A DNA stretch of 64,000 nt. It comes from Lingula anatina. Lineage: Eukaryota; Animalia; Brachiopoda. The translations under genes were made by a program, and so were the position numbers. Positions 1 through 13,886 of the stretch are shown here, piece by piece. A model generated the notes under the pieces. The model was given only the letters and a program-made list of their open reading frames with translations. It was not told the origin of the DNA and made no database searches. Every line of letters begins with the position of its first letter. Position 1 is the first letter of the stretch. The stretch is taken from assembly GCA_051362555.1 (NCBI GenBank), contig JBPQGU010000016.1:434001-498000 (forward strand), written 5' to 3'.

Positions 1-249
1 ATTCGACTAGTAATAGTCTATCCACATATTTTCTATATAACTGCTCATTCCGTTGGTTCTGTAAAGTATCTGCTAAAAATTAAAAGTGCCCTTTGTGAAC
101 TGATAATCCCATCGTGCAACCTGAAATTGCTCCTAAGGCCCCCCCCCCCAATCAAATGATAGTCACGTGGTTCCCTGAATATTACACTTTATTTGATGTG
201 GTTCAGGATTTCATCGATGACTGCCATTGGTGTTTAAATTGGCATCAGT

Positions 250-600
250 GTGATATCCACTGACGCTGTCAGTGACCCTAGTCACTTTAGACGCGGTACA
301 CGCCTCTTCAGGATGTCTGTTAACTATGTTTTGAGTAGTTGAGCGGTAAGGGTGAAATCTGACCTCAATAAAGAAAGCCGGGCGGTTTAAGTGTTCTACC
401 CAGAAACGGTCATGGTTCCCAATTCATTAGAGAAACAGACGAAGATGTTTTACTGTTTACAGTGTCTTCCTCAGAGGTATTCTAACCTGCTAAATCCAGT
501 TTGGTGTTTGCTAATGGCCTTGAAAAAGACGTTTTGGCGGCAACTTGTCCCTCATTCTGAACTGACTGGGTGGCTTTTGTTCAGTTGCATATATTTTGTA
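250..600. repeat. Dispersed repeat, also present at about 30250-30620
   Basis: Shared text such as actgacgctgtca.tgaccctagtcactttaga and aattcattagagaaacagacga.gatgtttt occurs in both places in the same orientation. Confidence 0.75.
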
Positions 601-1525
601 GCGACACACCTAACCATACAATTTTTTTTCACATATCTAATATGAGATCAGAGTTTTTAGAAAAAAAAAGAACGCATTTTACTTAGGTATACCTTTGAAA
701 CTGAAACATTTCATATTAAATGTCAAGTCTGTATATAAATTATGTTGCACGTTTGCCCAGGGCCACTAGTGCTCTAGAAATTCACATATTATGTCAAGTA
801 GACTAAGTGTTAAAGAGACAAAACGATTATCGATGTGCGATTATCGATGAGCCACAATCCCCCCACCCTCACCCCCCCACCCCCCACCCTCACTGCACTT
901 CTGCATGAACACGTATCAAATAAGTGGCAAATTAATTTTGGTGAAAGTTATTCTTAATTACTGTGGATTGTGATTTTCAAGTTTTATCAACTTCTTGGAT
1001 TTCTGAATAGATGATTTCATTGCCAGCGTATCATATAAGTACTCGTATCAAATAAGTGCTAAATTAATTTTGGTGCAAGTAGTTATTGTAAATTACTGTG
1101 AATTATGATTTTCAAGTTTTTTTAAGTTTCAAGTTGTTTTCAAGTTGACTGATTTGTGAATAGATGATTTCAACGCCAACTGTGGTCACTCCCCCCCCCC
1201 CCCCCCCCCCCCCCTCAATGGCATATCATTGTTGGCCGGTAACATTTAGGACCGATTTATTAAAAACAATCCCATTTTCCATATCTAGATAACCTACATA
1301 TATTTCACCAGATATATCGTTTTAATGTGTCAAACTGACGGTTTTGCTGATAAGCTTTGGAATATGAGCAATCAAGCACTCCAGACTGACTACCAATTTA
1401 GATACGGTAATTGTTTGCTGATGTTTATATTGTAAACAAATACAGCACCAGCTGTAGCGGCGGTTAAGCACAGTATATCTGAAACGTTCACGCAATATAT
1501 TTAGAGGCCAATATGATTATATACC

Positions 1526-1558
1526 GAGAGAGAGCGAGAGAGAGAGAGAGAGAGAGAG
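1526..1558. repeat. (GA)n microsatellite
   Basis: Direct reading of the sequence. Confidence 0.9.
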
Positions 1559-3004
1559 TAGAATTTGGCCAAAGACGATACGTAGGCTATACATGAATTC
1601 GGGTCTGGAGGGATACAGCTTGGCCTGGGTTCCTTTACACCCCTGTGTGTAGTATAACCTGGAACAGTCTATGACCTGATGTACTCTGGCCAAGGTCAAG
1701 CAATACCCGGATTTCCTCTATTTACTCTGGGCAAGGGTTATTTGGCTTTTTGCGCGACACCAGTGCCTTCGTATAATTGTAGGTGCAATTCGTAAGATAG
1801 CAAAGAAAGTTGGGACGAGTGAAATGGGGCACGTTGTGGCTCTCTTCACAGGTGCCGATTCAATAAAAAAAAATTATGACAGTCTTCCAAATTATCTTTG
1901 TTGATACATCTTTTTGACCGTCTTCCATTTCAGTCGATGAAAAACGATGGGGAAAAGAAACCATGGTATAAAGTCTAATCTCGAGAGAGAGGATAACTTT
2001 AACCTTAAATAATGAAAATTTAAAGACAATTTAATACTATTTGTATGGATTCCTTGCGGCGCGTAACATACGTACCCGGTACAAGTAACTTATTATTCAT
2101 CGCCGTATTAGATGTCTGAAAAAGGTCCTTGGCTTGTGTTCGAATGTAGAATATGGACATGACTAATTAGTTTTAAAAATTAACATTAATAAAGGTAATG
2201 ATACTGTTTACTATCACGAGCAAATTACCTGTGTGACAACGTCTCCTTGTTTCTGACCACGCACCTGACATGAATCAACTGGTTTATTAGCACAGGACTC
2301 AAACTACCGCGCATGCGCAAAAAGTGCGCTGTGTAAAATAAACACCTGTGTTTACTGCCTGGTTTTTATTTAATTTGCTTTCTGGAGTCATTTTGAGAAA
2401 TTGTACTGGTTATGTTCTGTTGATTGTACACACTGTATATATTGTTATAAATAAGTTGACAAGTCGATAAGTCGCTGGTTCCTTTTTTAAAATTTATTTT
2501 ACAGTTTTACAACACAAGTAACAATTGAAAACATCATGGTCTCACCCACATGAAAACATGGAGACCACCACGTTCCACACAATGCAACAACTACTCCCTT
2601 GTAATTTGCTCACCAGAGGGACACGTGTCTCTCTCACAATTGCGTTGTCACCTCCAACACAATACAATTCTTGACATATTAAAAGATAAACACGTCGGAC
2701 TCTCCTTAGAATAACATTTACTTTTCCTTTATTCTTTAGGGATTCCCTTTGTATTTATTAGTGTTATATGTGGCCCCAAAGGAATTTGCCAGCCCTCATC
2801 CACTCTTGATAAGGAAGATACTCCTTGTTGGCTAGTGTGAATGTTCTAACAAAATTAATTTGAAAACGGGAAGGTTTATTTTAGGACATTCATATCAGAA
2901 TACCGACTTTTTTGACATGTTGACAGATGTGCCCAAATGTAAAAATTGACTGCAACAGGGCCATTTTTAAATCACTGGGTTTATTAATGCAGGTCTATTT
3001 ATTC

Positions 3005-3420
3005 TGTACGTAAGTTGTATTTTGAGTACTGACTTATACTGGCGGCGGGGGGGGGGGGGGGGGTATCATCCTCGCTTCGTACTAGATCCATGTGCGGATG
3101 GATGATAAGGTTCTCTAATACATGTAGGTCTCCATTTCAAATTTTATCGCTAGATGTCGCAGATTTTGGTAAATATACCAGAGGCCTCACAGAAGTTAAT
3201 AATCAGTTGATTCGGGACAGGTGTCTTGTCTGAAACAAGAAGGCGTTGTCGTACAGGTAAGGTGTTTGGGGCATGTACAGTAAACGTGTCGTTGTTTTAA
3301 ATGCTTATTAAGATTATTTCTCATGTCGATATTCCTCTTTATGATATTTTGAACCCCAGCCAATGACTATTTCAGATACATGTATCCAATACAACCTTGC
3401 ATAATCAGTAGTAGCTCAGC
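3005..3420. repeat. Direct repeat of about 400 bp, second copy at about 7465-7880
   Basis: Collinear matches: atcatcctcgcttc, cgctagatgtcgc, agattatttctcatgtcgatattcctctttatgatatttt. Confidence 0.8.
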
Positions 3421-5500
3421 ATGTTACGCGACGTAATAAGTCCCTACGACTAGTTGCTAAAATTATTAAAGTGTCGTCAAAAAGAGATATTATTGTAGAT
3501 AAGCTATTTCCTCTCTCTCGTACTTCACAGCACTGCTTCCTTTTCGCTGTTCTCCTAAACCATTCTCATTACTTATAAACTATATAAAACCCTTAACGTC
3601 CAGCACTCAGCCCCTGTTATACATGTATTTCATAAAAATTTTGCAACTTAGCAGCAAAATGTAATATCAGCGTTAACTGTTTAGAGTAGCCGTCAGGCCT
3701 ATGTTGCTGGTACAGATATCAGTCCAGAGCAGTGTCATATAAGCAAGCGAACAAGTAGTTATGAAGTATATATATTCTGTCATATTTATTTAAATGAATC
3801 CAACACAAATTGTTAAAAATTTGTGTCTGTTGAGTACTTAGAGGTGTATTTTAATGGTTGAGCATTTTAACTGTTTTTTAGTAAGACTGATCACTCCTGT
3901 AAGTTTCAAAACAATAACCCTTTTAGTTTTTTTGTGCTGTCAGTTTTGCATATATGTTGAAATAAGCGAAAAACAGCATATCTTTTGAAAAAATGGCCCG
4001 AGCATGCTGATTTTCAAAATCGACCTTCATTGTATTAATATTCATCAGTTCTGTAAGTTTTAAAACAAAGTGTAAAACAGTTTTCCACAAATCGTGTTAT
4101 CACTAAAAGTGCTTCTGAAACTAGCGTTAATAATAATAATGTCACATTCCCAGAGTTCGTTCTAACTCGGCACTTCTCACCCGACTATTGAGCAATCAAC
4201 ACGACGTTGGCTGAACTCCATAGGTCACAACAGAGACCACAGCACAAGCCGGTGACTGTCCTCACCACCTTGCTTCACTGTGCCGCTATCTGTAAGCACT
4301 GCAGCCACAAAAGCGAAATACTTTTGTGTAATTACTGAAATCGACACGAGCGAGACACTTTTTTAACGTAGTTCGTCATTGTGACCTGTCGAGCAGATAC
4401 ACATATACAAAGTCGAGGCACCTCTGTCAGGTCGCGACCTCCTTGCCCATCAGTGCATTAATCAGGGATGTAATCCAACCTTTTTAAACTGTACGCACAG
4501 ATTTTCAAATTTCCCAGGTACAGCCAAATGTAGACTTAAGAAACAGATGAAGGGCAGATTAAATTATATGTACCAAATATCATAGCTTAGTTTTCACCAG
4601 TAATAAAATCATTTAAGTTAAAAATATTCTCGCGTATATTATTTCACCCAGAATCAAGGCTTCTTCTAGGATTGGTACAGGCCGTTCAAAATTGCCATCT
4701 GTAACTTCTTTCAAAATTTCAAGGCGTCCAGCTTTTCCAAGTGTATTGGCAAAAGCAGACGCACACTCACTAAGGCGAGACACCTTTGTTGAGGAATTCC
4801 AACAACACCAGGACTTTTTTTTTCTTGTCAAGGATATGGTATAGTTTAGATTGAAATGATTTTATCCGGTTAGGACTCAAGCTGCAAGGTGAAAACTGAA
4901 CGCGACTCACATTTAGTGAATTATTACACCTTTGATGAAGAATTCCAGTAACACCAGAGCTTGTTTTTTATTCTCTGTCCTGGGAAAACCATCCCGTTGA
5001 ATGCAGCACTGATCACTAACCCCCTCCCCTTACTCACCCCCCCCCCCCCCCCAATCACTGGGACTCTGCAGCTGATGAAGGTCACTTGTTGACCGAAAAA
5101 CGCTATCTGCAACCAGTCCAGCCCCTCTCCCCCTACTGTTCTGTACGCCTCTTGCACAACCGGTTTCTTTAGGTCAAACTTATGCAGAGGTGAGGCGCCC
5201 CTGTTTACACCACAGTGAGGTGAGACGCCACACACCACGCAAGCCAAAAATAGTACATTGTCCGCGATTAACAGTTATTTTATATCAGATCAGAACTGTA
5301 AGACCATGACACGTCAGATCATTCCCTCACACATACGTGAAATATATGAAATACAGCACTAGGGTCACTGTCAAAACACACGTCCCCAGGGGCCCAGCCT
5401 TGTACCGTGTTTTTTTTTTTTTTTTTTTTTGGTAAAAAGTAGTTTGACCAAGACATGAGCCGACCACCCCCAAACAGGGTTCTTACTCGACTATGGTATA

Positions 5501-5978
5501 GATAAAATACAATGCGCTGAGCTTTACGAGATATAGAGCAGATAATTGGCGAGGCAAAGCCGAGACAACTATCTCTTTTATTTCTCGTACATATCAGCCC
5601 CGAGTGCTTTATCTGGCTTAAAGCACTCTTCATTAGACCTGGTAATGACTAATTAAACTAAACGGTTGGCACTTTGTCGCAAAACGGCACGCAAAACGAG
5701 TCGGGGTCACACCAATAGCTTCGCTTATCTGTGTCATTCAGCAGGTAACATAACGCAGAAGTAACAATGGAAAACGACGTCTCTCTGTCTCAATTGATAG
5801 AAACTCCACCAAAAATCATTTTTAAGATGACATTAAAGATGAGTTGCTGGAGAGGTTCATGAAGCCGTTGGCTTGCTTTGAATTTTTTCAGGACTTGGCA
5901 GCCAGAATACCAGACAAAACGCAAGCATGTACTAATTGGGCCCTAAATCTTTTTAGTGAACGCCGTAAATCTGTTTAG
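5501..5978 (+). mobile_element. Crypton (tyrosine-recombinase DNA transposon) remnant with long hairpin
   Basis: From 5841 the + frame reads ELLERFMKPLACFEFFQDLAARIPDKTQACTNWALNLFSE. This resembles the RF..P...IP.(N/K)T...T.WA...F N-terminal motif of CryptonA/DUF3504-type proteins. An imperfect hairpin at 5501-5613 lies upstream, with tip cgaGGCaaaGCCgag. Confidence 0.55.
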
Positions 5979-6526
5979 TCCCTCGCCATGAAAAAAACCC
6001 ACTGGCCCATTCCATGTAAAAAGGACGGTACCATCCTAATGAAAAAAAGTTGCGCGACCATGGAGAAAAAGACCCAATTCTTACCTGGAACTCAGATTCC
6101 TTCAGAAATTGTTTAAGTTGTATCGGTCGGAAATTAAAAGAAAATCACCCTTGAGGCGTAGGAAATGTCAAATATAAAAGCCAACTTGTGTTGTAGTAAC
6201 CTCTGTTAATTGCTATATCTGCAATTATCAAATAAAACCTGAAACGTTCCTTTCTTCTAATTTCTTTTCATCTTCTTATCTGCGAGATTACTGAAGAAAA
6301 CATGCTGAAAACTTGAAGATGTTTAATTCTATTTATACGTGTTCATCTTTTTCCTGCGCGATTACTGAAACTCGTAGGTTGATTAATGCAAAAGGTCCAG
6401 TGACCGTCCTATAAAACCTTCTACCAGGGTGGCAGATATTATTCTGTGGGCATTTTTGCTGAGGCGACCCTGTAACGTTTAGCCAGATGGGAGCAATTAA
6501 ATCTACACGCGTGCAGATGGCATTGT

Positions 6527-6683
6527 ACCAGTGCCCTGTAACTCGAAAGCATCGCGTATTGCGAATAGCGATATCACATAGAGGCTACAGTGCATTATAT
6601 CGGGCGAGTACGGGCGTGATATGGAGTCAAGACGCTTGCGCTCGCTCACAATGCGCGATGCTTTCGAGTTAGGGGGGTCTGGT
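6527..6683. mobile_element. Short foldback/MITE
   Basis: Inverted arms ...taactcgaaagcatcgcgtattgcga / tcacaatgcgcgatgctttcgagtta... The same terminal word (taactcgaaagcat) recurs near 14267 and, inverted, near 49296. Confidence 0.6.
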
Positions 6684-8144
6684 CTGCAGGAGCTCAGTGA
6701 GAGCTGGGCTTCGCGTTGATGTGATTACCGCTTGTTATGCGACATGCCTGTTGTTGTCTGTCTGTTAAAGGACTGTTTTATTGTCACGGATGAGCAATAA
6801 ACTGTCTTGATTACTGTCAGTCAAGGGGACTTGGCTGGGACTTGCTAAGTGACAGTGCCTGAGAAGTTATGCAAACAATTAGTCATGTAATCATCCTTGA
6901 GATTTCAGCGCAGGTACCGCAGCTTTAAAAAAATGGCGGCTATCACGCCCGGTGTTTCCTCACATACTCTGAAGTATTAAATAAACGTACCGGTACGTTA
7001 ATTAATTTTTCAAATTTCTTCCCATCGGTACGCTCCATTTCCACCCAGTACGCTTATTAATTTTTCAAGAATCTACCACCCGGTATGTTTATTAAATACC
7101 TATCGTACCGGTGGGAAAATGTACAAGTACAAGTCAAGTTTTTTATTTTCTTAAATTTAAGTATAATGAGAAGAAATATCGGTGCAGCTACTGTTCGACA
7201 TACGCACTGGAAAGTAGGTCAAGCGGAAGTCGCTCTCTGAACACTACGATACATGCGTCATCTGATTTCAGTTCCTATAAATAGACGTAGGGCCTACTTT
7301 CCCCTCAACAGTGACAACTACTCGTGTATATCGATCGAATGGGGGGGGGGGGAGTGGTGTGAAGGTTTTTTCCTGTATATATATACAGGGTTGCTACATA
7401 ATATTCTGTAGGTATCCCTGTACCTTTTATATGCAGTGCTTCCACTTCTTTGTGTAACAAAGCAAGTAAGTTATATTTTGAGTACTGTTTTATACTGGTG
7501 GTGGGATGGGGGCATCATCCTCGCTTCATACAGGATCCATGTGCTGATTGATGGTAAGATTCTCTAATAGGTCTCCATTTCATGTTTCACCGCTAGATGT
7601 CGCGGACTGTGGTTATATACCGGAGGCGTTACTCGTAGACGTCGATAAACAGTTGATTTGGGTCAGGTATTTGGTCTGAAAGAAGAAGGCGTTCTCATAC
7701 AGCTAAGGTATTTGGGACATATACAGTAAACGTGTAATTGTTTTTTTTTTTTTTTTTTTTATGTATTTTTAAAGATTATTTCTCATGTCGATATTCCTCT
7801 TTATGATATTTTAAATCCAAGCCGATGATTATGCATGTATCCAATACAATCTTGCTTAATCAGTAGTAGATGTGCTCAGGTAGTATCACATAGTGAGTGA
7901 ATGTTGGCAGGCATCCAGAAGAGTAATAATGAATAATATATTACTGCACGAAAAATCAGCTTTTGTATATCCTAAAAGGTGCTCACACCTTTTCTAGACC
8001 TTTCGTATTTTTAAGAAAGGCGTAAAAAATTATCTTTTGTATGGCTTTTGTGTACATATGTGACAGGATATAAACATTGCCCACTTTTCTTTGCCTTTTC
8101 CCTACAAAGAAGTTGAACTTTCATACACCTTTTGCAGCAAAAGG

Positions 8145-8181
<37 letters not shown>

Positions 8182-8299
8182 TGAAGAAAATGTATCCTAA
8201 AGTTCAGTATTCATGGGCTTTTTGCGTGCTTAGAGGTATATGAATGGCCCACTTTCTTTACTTATTTAAACGTAATATTTATTGGGGAAATTTAATAAT

Positions 8300-9133
8300 C
8301 AGGCCTAACCAACTACCAGACTCGGCACCTACGGATCCAGAATAAACCGGTATATCAGACCACACTACCCGTTTTCAAGGTGTGTGTCAGATCGCATTAC
8401 AGAGTATCAGCCACCACACCGATTTTGCCTGGTGCGCGATGTGATAGCGATGATCGTAGTAATAGATAGACCCCGAGTCAGCGAGGGTTATGTGGCATAC
8501 ACGAGTGCGAAGCACGAGTGGATGTCACATACCCTCGCTGACCAGGGATCTATCTTATTTAGACCACGGGTCCATTAGCGGGTTATAACGCATTCATGCG
8601 AGACGTGCGGTTATGCGAGTTACACCACGTCTGAATCTTTTGTTCTTCACTTCCACCGTGGTCTAAAGCGGGGTTGGAAAGTAGTGCATCTCATCTAGAT
8701 TCATGCGCTGCTGCAATTTTCCCTGTTTATGCTAAAAATCTGACAATACCGCAATTTTTAATATAAAATTTAGGTTCGAACATAGCCAATGATGTTTTGT
8801 AAATAAGAACTTGCAAACTTATATATTCATTTAGAAAAGTATAGACCTAATTTTGATAGCGGAAGCATATACTGTCGGGGGTTAAATATTTTCTGGACGA
8901 GATTCAGTGAGTCGTCTGTCGCCATGTTGTCACTCAGAACTACTCCGATGTCTCCGCACTCGGCAATAGTATGGAGCTTGCGGAATGAGCCGAGGATTGC
9001 CGATTTCCATGTTGTTGTATTCATACGAGGCGCGATACCCGGATGACAGGTAGGCTTACAAAATTTGTGATGGGGTATGATACTCTGTAATGCGATCTGA
9101 CCTAATGCCGAGTCTGGTAGTTGGGTAGGCCTG
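8300..9133. mobile_element. Non-autonomous TIR element with apparent 5-bp TSD
   Basis: TIRs CAGGCCTAACCAACTACCAGACTCGGCA / TGCCGAGTCTGGTAGTTGGGTAGGCCTG, a second inverted block (gtcagatcgcattacagagtatca), and ATAAT on both flanks (8295-8299, 9134-9138). Confidence 0.65.
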
Positions 9134-10189
9134 ATAATATACGGATAGAGCACGCTGGGCTGTCACCTTGATTGGATAGTAAACGGTTGTCGTAAAATCG
9201 CTACATGATTTTAAAACCGGGTGCATAAATTTGAAAACCACCTAGAACAACCTTAGACTGCCACATTAATCTAATACAATGCATAAAAAATATCAAAAGT
9301 GGCCAAAGCATTCAAACCGAATGTCGTAAAGTCCCCATATACCCCCATACATGTACAGATAATAAAATAGTGTAAGCTTGTGAAACAAGATTCCAGAAAT
9401 TTAAAGATAATAATCGAAATAAAATAGTGCCAGGCACCGGAGCGCCCTAACACTTGGCACGCTTACCGCAAATACTGCAGGCTACATCATCCCGTCGCTC
9501 GTTTTTAAATCCCGTGCATGGCATACGCACAATCATATCGTAAACCCAAATTCCCACCTTGACGTTTAAGTCACCTTGCCCCCCCTCCCCCAATCCAACC
9601 CTCACTTCGGATAACTTGTTATAGCTAACAGTATATTGATGTTTTTAATGTATAATATTCTAAATTCTGTGATTATTACACTTACAACTAGTTTTTTGTT
9701 TTGTTTTTGAAGCATCAAAGCGCCAAAGTATCAAAGGAATATAACAGAACATTATATATAATTTCATATTCTAAACTGTCTTGATTTGCCCTAAATCCAA
9801 GAGCAAAATTTCCATTGAGTTTGGGGTTATTTTTCAATTTCTGTTAGTGTAAACGAAAAATTAATCTAAGAACGGAGATCCCTTGTTTTGTGTAAAGTGA
9901 TATTCTCCTCATTTGAAGGCCTAAGAAGGTCATTGACACATGCAAAAATATGCGTTTACTACAAGAAAAATACACAAAATAAAATTAATGAAGAAAAACT
10001 ATGGGAACAGTGTTGTTTTTGTTACTTCATTAATATGTATACAAACTGCCTATTGGAACATAAAAACATCGTAAAATATTAAAATAAAATGAAATAAAGC
10101 AAACCTTTATTATATCTTTAAATCAAGTATATCTCTATTCATTCATGTAATTTCTCGGTGTAAACTGTAGGACATACGTTACTAAAATG

Positions 10190-10367
10190 TTAGGAACGCA
10201 CGTCCCATTAGGACGTGCATTACTACACGTAGGACTTGCCTTACTTGGGAGCCTTCGTCCTGTGGACATTGAATCCTAGTAACGTATGCGCTAGGACTTC
10301 CATTCCTAGCAATGCATGCCCTAGGACTTGCATTCCCAGGACTTGCGTTACTAGGACGTGCACTCCT
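10190..10367. repeat. Degenerate minisatellite of about 15-bp units (taggacttgcattcc-like)
   Basis: Consecutive units taggacttccattcc, tagcaatgcatgccc, taggacttgcattcc, caggacttgcgttac, taggacgtgcactcc. Confidence 0.75.
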
Positions 10368-12847
10368 GCCACACCGACCTCCAGCCAGCACATTTTCAAC
10401 CGCCTAGCCGTTCGCATTCGCAGATAGTCAGTCAAAGGGCCATTGATATTTTTCGCACCGATTCTCTAACAATGACATAACTCATTATTAGTGGAGGAAC
10501 GCGTACGGTGACATTTTGCTTTGAGTTTTACTCAAGGTTAAAACAGCAAGAGACAATAGTATACATGTAGAGCACTAGACACGGCTGACAAAGTAGGTAA
10601 AATAGTGATTTCAGTGGCAAGGTTCATGAGTCTGACCCCTGGTTTTTGGGCATTGCACATGCACGAAAATGCAGTAGTATCGAAGTAGTAAAGAAGCATT
10701 AACGCAGTAGTGGTGTGGAGCATATTTGCAGTAGAAATGCAGTACCCTAGGTTCTAGATTCCGGTATTGCCAGCTCGATCTTGATTTCATATATAACCCA
10801 TGTCGCAATCGACTCCACCACGAGGTATATTTAGCAAGCTAGCTTTTACGTTTCTCTGACACTCAGGGTAAAATGCAGTAGAGTCTACTTCAATTCTACT
10901 TCAAAAATTACATAGGGTTGTACAGAGGAGCAGCATTAATGCAGTAGATTAGCAGCATGATAGAAGCATGTTTCAAATATGCTAATTAGCTCCCACATCG
11001 AAGCAGATTTGAAGCATGTTTGCAGTATGATTGCAGTAGTCTACTGCGCTGGAGTATCTACTTCGTTTGCGTGCGGATGGTATCAAAAAAGGGACGAATT
11101 TTCATAATGATTTTAGTAAGGCATATGTCTCTTGTGTCCAAATGTGTGTGATAGCATTCTCAATCTGGTACCGTTTTGTGTGCTACAAAACCTTATATAA
11201 CCCACCCCATCAGCAGCAAGTGCTTTTTTTTCAAATAGGGGTACAGTGAAGTAGAAAGAAAAAGCTTATTTATCAGTATGGTTAAAGGTATATCAATGTA
11301 TTATATGTCATTATGGAGGCAAGGAATGGGACATGTAATTTTATAAGTCATAGATGCATGGCAATTAGTCAAGGGTCAATGATAATGGGTCAGAGGTCAC
11401 ATTTTGTGATTTTTTTTTATAAATTAGAACCAAAAGGTTTTTTTAAAAAACATTGTTTGAATAAATTTCTGGGTATTTGGTGAATGATTTCTGATCATGC
11501 TATAGTCTAATGCTTATAAAAAATTTGGAGCTCCATGTGTTTTTCTATTCTGGGGTTCGTCTCTTAGGAGAAACCACACTCTCCTTGGCAAAAAATGTTT
11601 GAATATCACTGGTCACATCGTTGTTATTTTTAGTTATGTCGGGATTTGCATTAACTGCAGCATATCAAAACCCCATAAATAAATAAATAAATAAATACCA
11701 GAGGACACCTCTCCCCTACCTGTTTGACGGTGGTAAAATTTTACATTGGGTCACCTACCTGGTATTGTTCATGGAAGAAAATAACAAACTTAGAATATGC
11801 AAAAAAAAAATTAAGAGTTATGTCTCTGAACCTTACTTTAAAATGAAATCCCACAACCCCATAAAAAAGAGCAAAAATGAGAATCAGTGATCACAACTTA
11901 GATATGGAAAGAGGGCAACACACAAACACACCCCTAAACACCATTGTCATAAAGAAAATGTCCTCAAAGTGAGATGGTAGAAGGTGACATTTCTTTCTTT
12001 CCTGAATGACGCAAGTTGAGAGAAAATTACTGTTTTTATCTATATCAGAGGTAAATTCGCAGGGTTTGACAGACAGGGTCAGACTGCTTACATTATCTTA
12101 AATCCACACTGTGCAGGATGTGACTGCTATTATAATGACAATGACGATTATTTACAGCTTTCAAACATTTATTCACCGACTCTCTTTCACATACAAAATC
12201 ACGAGTACCTATGCTCTATTTCTCAATGCTGATTACGCATTAACTTGTTTTTTTTCATTGTATTTTACGTGATCACAAGGAGTTTTTCACTCTCATCTTG
12301 CAAACCACCATTCAATATTTCCTTTAAAAATGAATTCTTAATACTGAAAAACAATGACACCTTGCAGCCTGCTCTGCCTCACTATTTGCAGACAATGTTT
12401 CAGTCACTGTCACTGTGTACTGTTGATGAGGCATAGACGCAAGGATAACTCTTTTGAAGTATATTGTGCAGGCTCTTTTGTCATAAATCTGCTACATATA
12501 ACCTGAATGTACATATAGTGATTCACAACGCAGCTGCTACTCTTAGTAAGGACTCAACCAGTTGAAAACTTGTGACACAGCTTCAGGGACAAGATCACAC
12601 CAACTTCCCTTGCTGTGATTATGGATCTACTAGCACATTATCTATGTTTTGTCCTTCTAGTTTCTCTAATACCATTTACCCTGATCTATGCTCACATCAA
12701 TCTCTCCAGCTTTACCAACTGCTACAAATTATAAATGGTGCCAGTGTATTGATAACTAACCCCAATCCTAAATCTCCATTATCAAATGGGTTTAAAGGAC
12801 AGACGTGCCCTTTTCATTCTTCTCAACCCTCTTTAGGTTGAGAAAAG

Positions 12848-13886
12848 CACTTAAGAGTGAAATGGATTCTCCCTCCTCCCAAGCTACCCTACAATCTTTC
12901 CAAACCGAACGTAACATACTGGGATCAAATTGGACAATCGAAATTGGTGGATAAGATTCTGAAGCAACGGCACAAAGGATTCTTCGTGGAATCAGGAGCA
13001 TTTGATGGAGAGGTTCATTCCAATTCTCTCTTCTTCGAGATTTCACGAGACTGGGATGGGTTGCTTGTTGAACCAAATCCGTGGTTATTTGAAGTTCTGT
13101 TGAACAAAAATAGGTAAAGATTTTTTTTCAAGAACAGATAGGGAGCAGCCACTGTCATTTTAGTTTAGATGAAACCTAGATGATTCGTTTGCATCATTAG
13201 TCACTCTTAAAATCCTCGTCATTGTTTAGTCATATATTGTTTTCAAACGGAATTTAAGGAGGCTCCATGGAATCCACTTAAAATCAACAACGGACAAGAA
13301 CTATTTCACGAGCAATTCATTCTCTGTCTAAAAATGTTTTATTAAATAAAATTGTTTGCATTTTATGAATAAATAATATATTTAGTGTATGGGTATTATT
13401 TTTTTCCTGGATAACATACTTTTATCAAAAATTTTACTTCTTTTCAGGAAAGCGTACGTTGCTAATAAATGCTTAGCAACGGGCCATGGTCCGACAGTGG
13501 TTGATTTTACGTTCGCAAAGCAACTTGGGGGAATACTAGAAAAAAGCCATGTAATTCCTAAAAGGCAACAAAGCCTAATAAAAGGAAAAAGTCGCATACA
13601 GTGTTTTCCCATTCGCTCTCTCCTGGCCGCCATCGGTCGGAATCACGTAGACTACTTTACCTTGGACGTAGAGGGTGCCGAAATAGAAATCCTGATATCG
13701 TTTCCATGGCAACACGTCATCGTTGACGTATGGACGATAGAGTACGCAGTTCACAGCGGAGGTCCTGATACGCCAAAACGTGAGAAAGCAATCAGGGAGA
13801 TATTAAAAAATACAGGACTTTACAGTGAAGGTACCATTCTAAGAGGCCAAGATATAGTGTTTGTTAGAAAGGACGTGCCACAATGA
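12848..13886 (+). pseudogene. Star-like FkbM methyltransferase copy 1, 5'-truncated (no signal anchor)
   Basis: Homology to the paralogs starts at cacttaagag (about 12848), with an in-frame TGA at 12839 and no ATG or transmembrane segment. The exon runs to 13113 (AG|gtaaag), the intron is 13114-13447, and the exon 13448-13886 is open. Motifs FFVESGAFDGE...SNSL and VDYFTLDVEGAE are present. Confidence 0.75.

Noticed and set aside
4613-5247. Two minus-strand ORFs sharing WC.WNSS.KV
   Set aside because: This is a local duplication of about 35 bp. I could not identify a domain or convincing splice structure.
13389-13447. Hydrophobic N-terminal extensions in the ORF track (MGIIFF..., MFVLLIL... 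at 56380, MYLRYR... at 44053)
   Set aside because: These are translations of intron polypyrimidine tracts upstream of the conserved AG acceptor.
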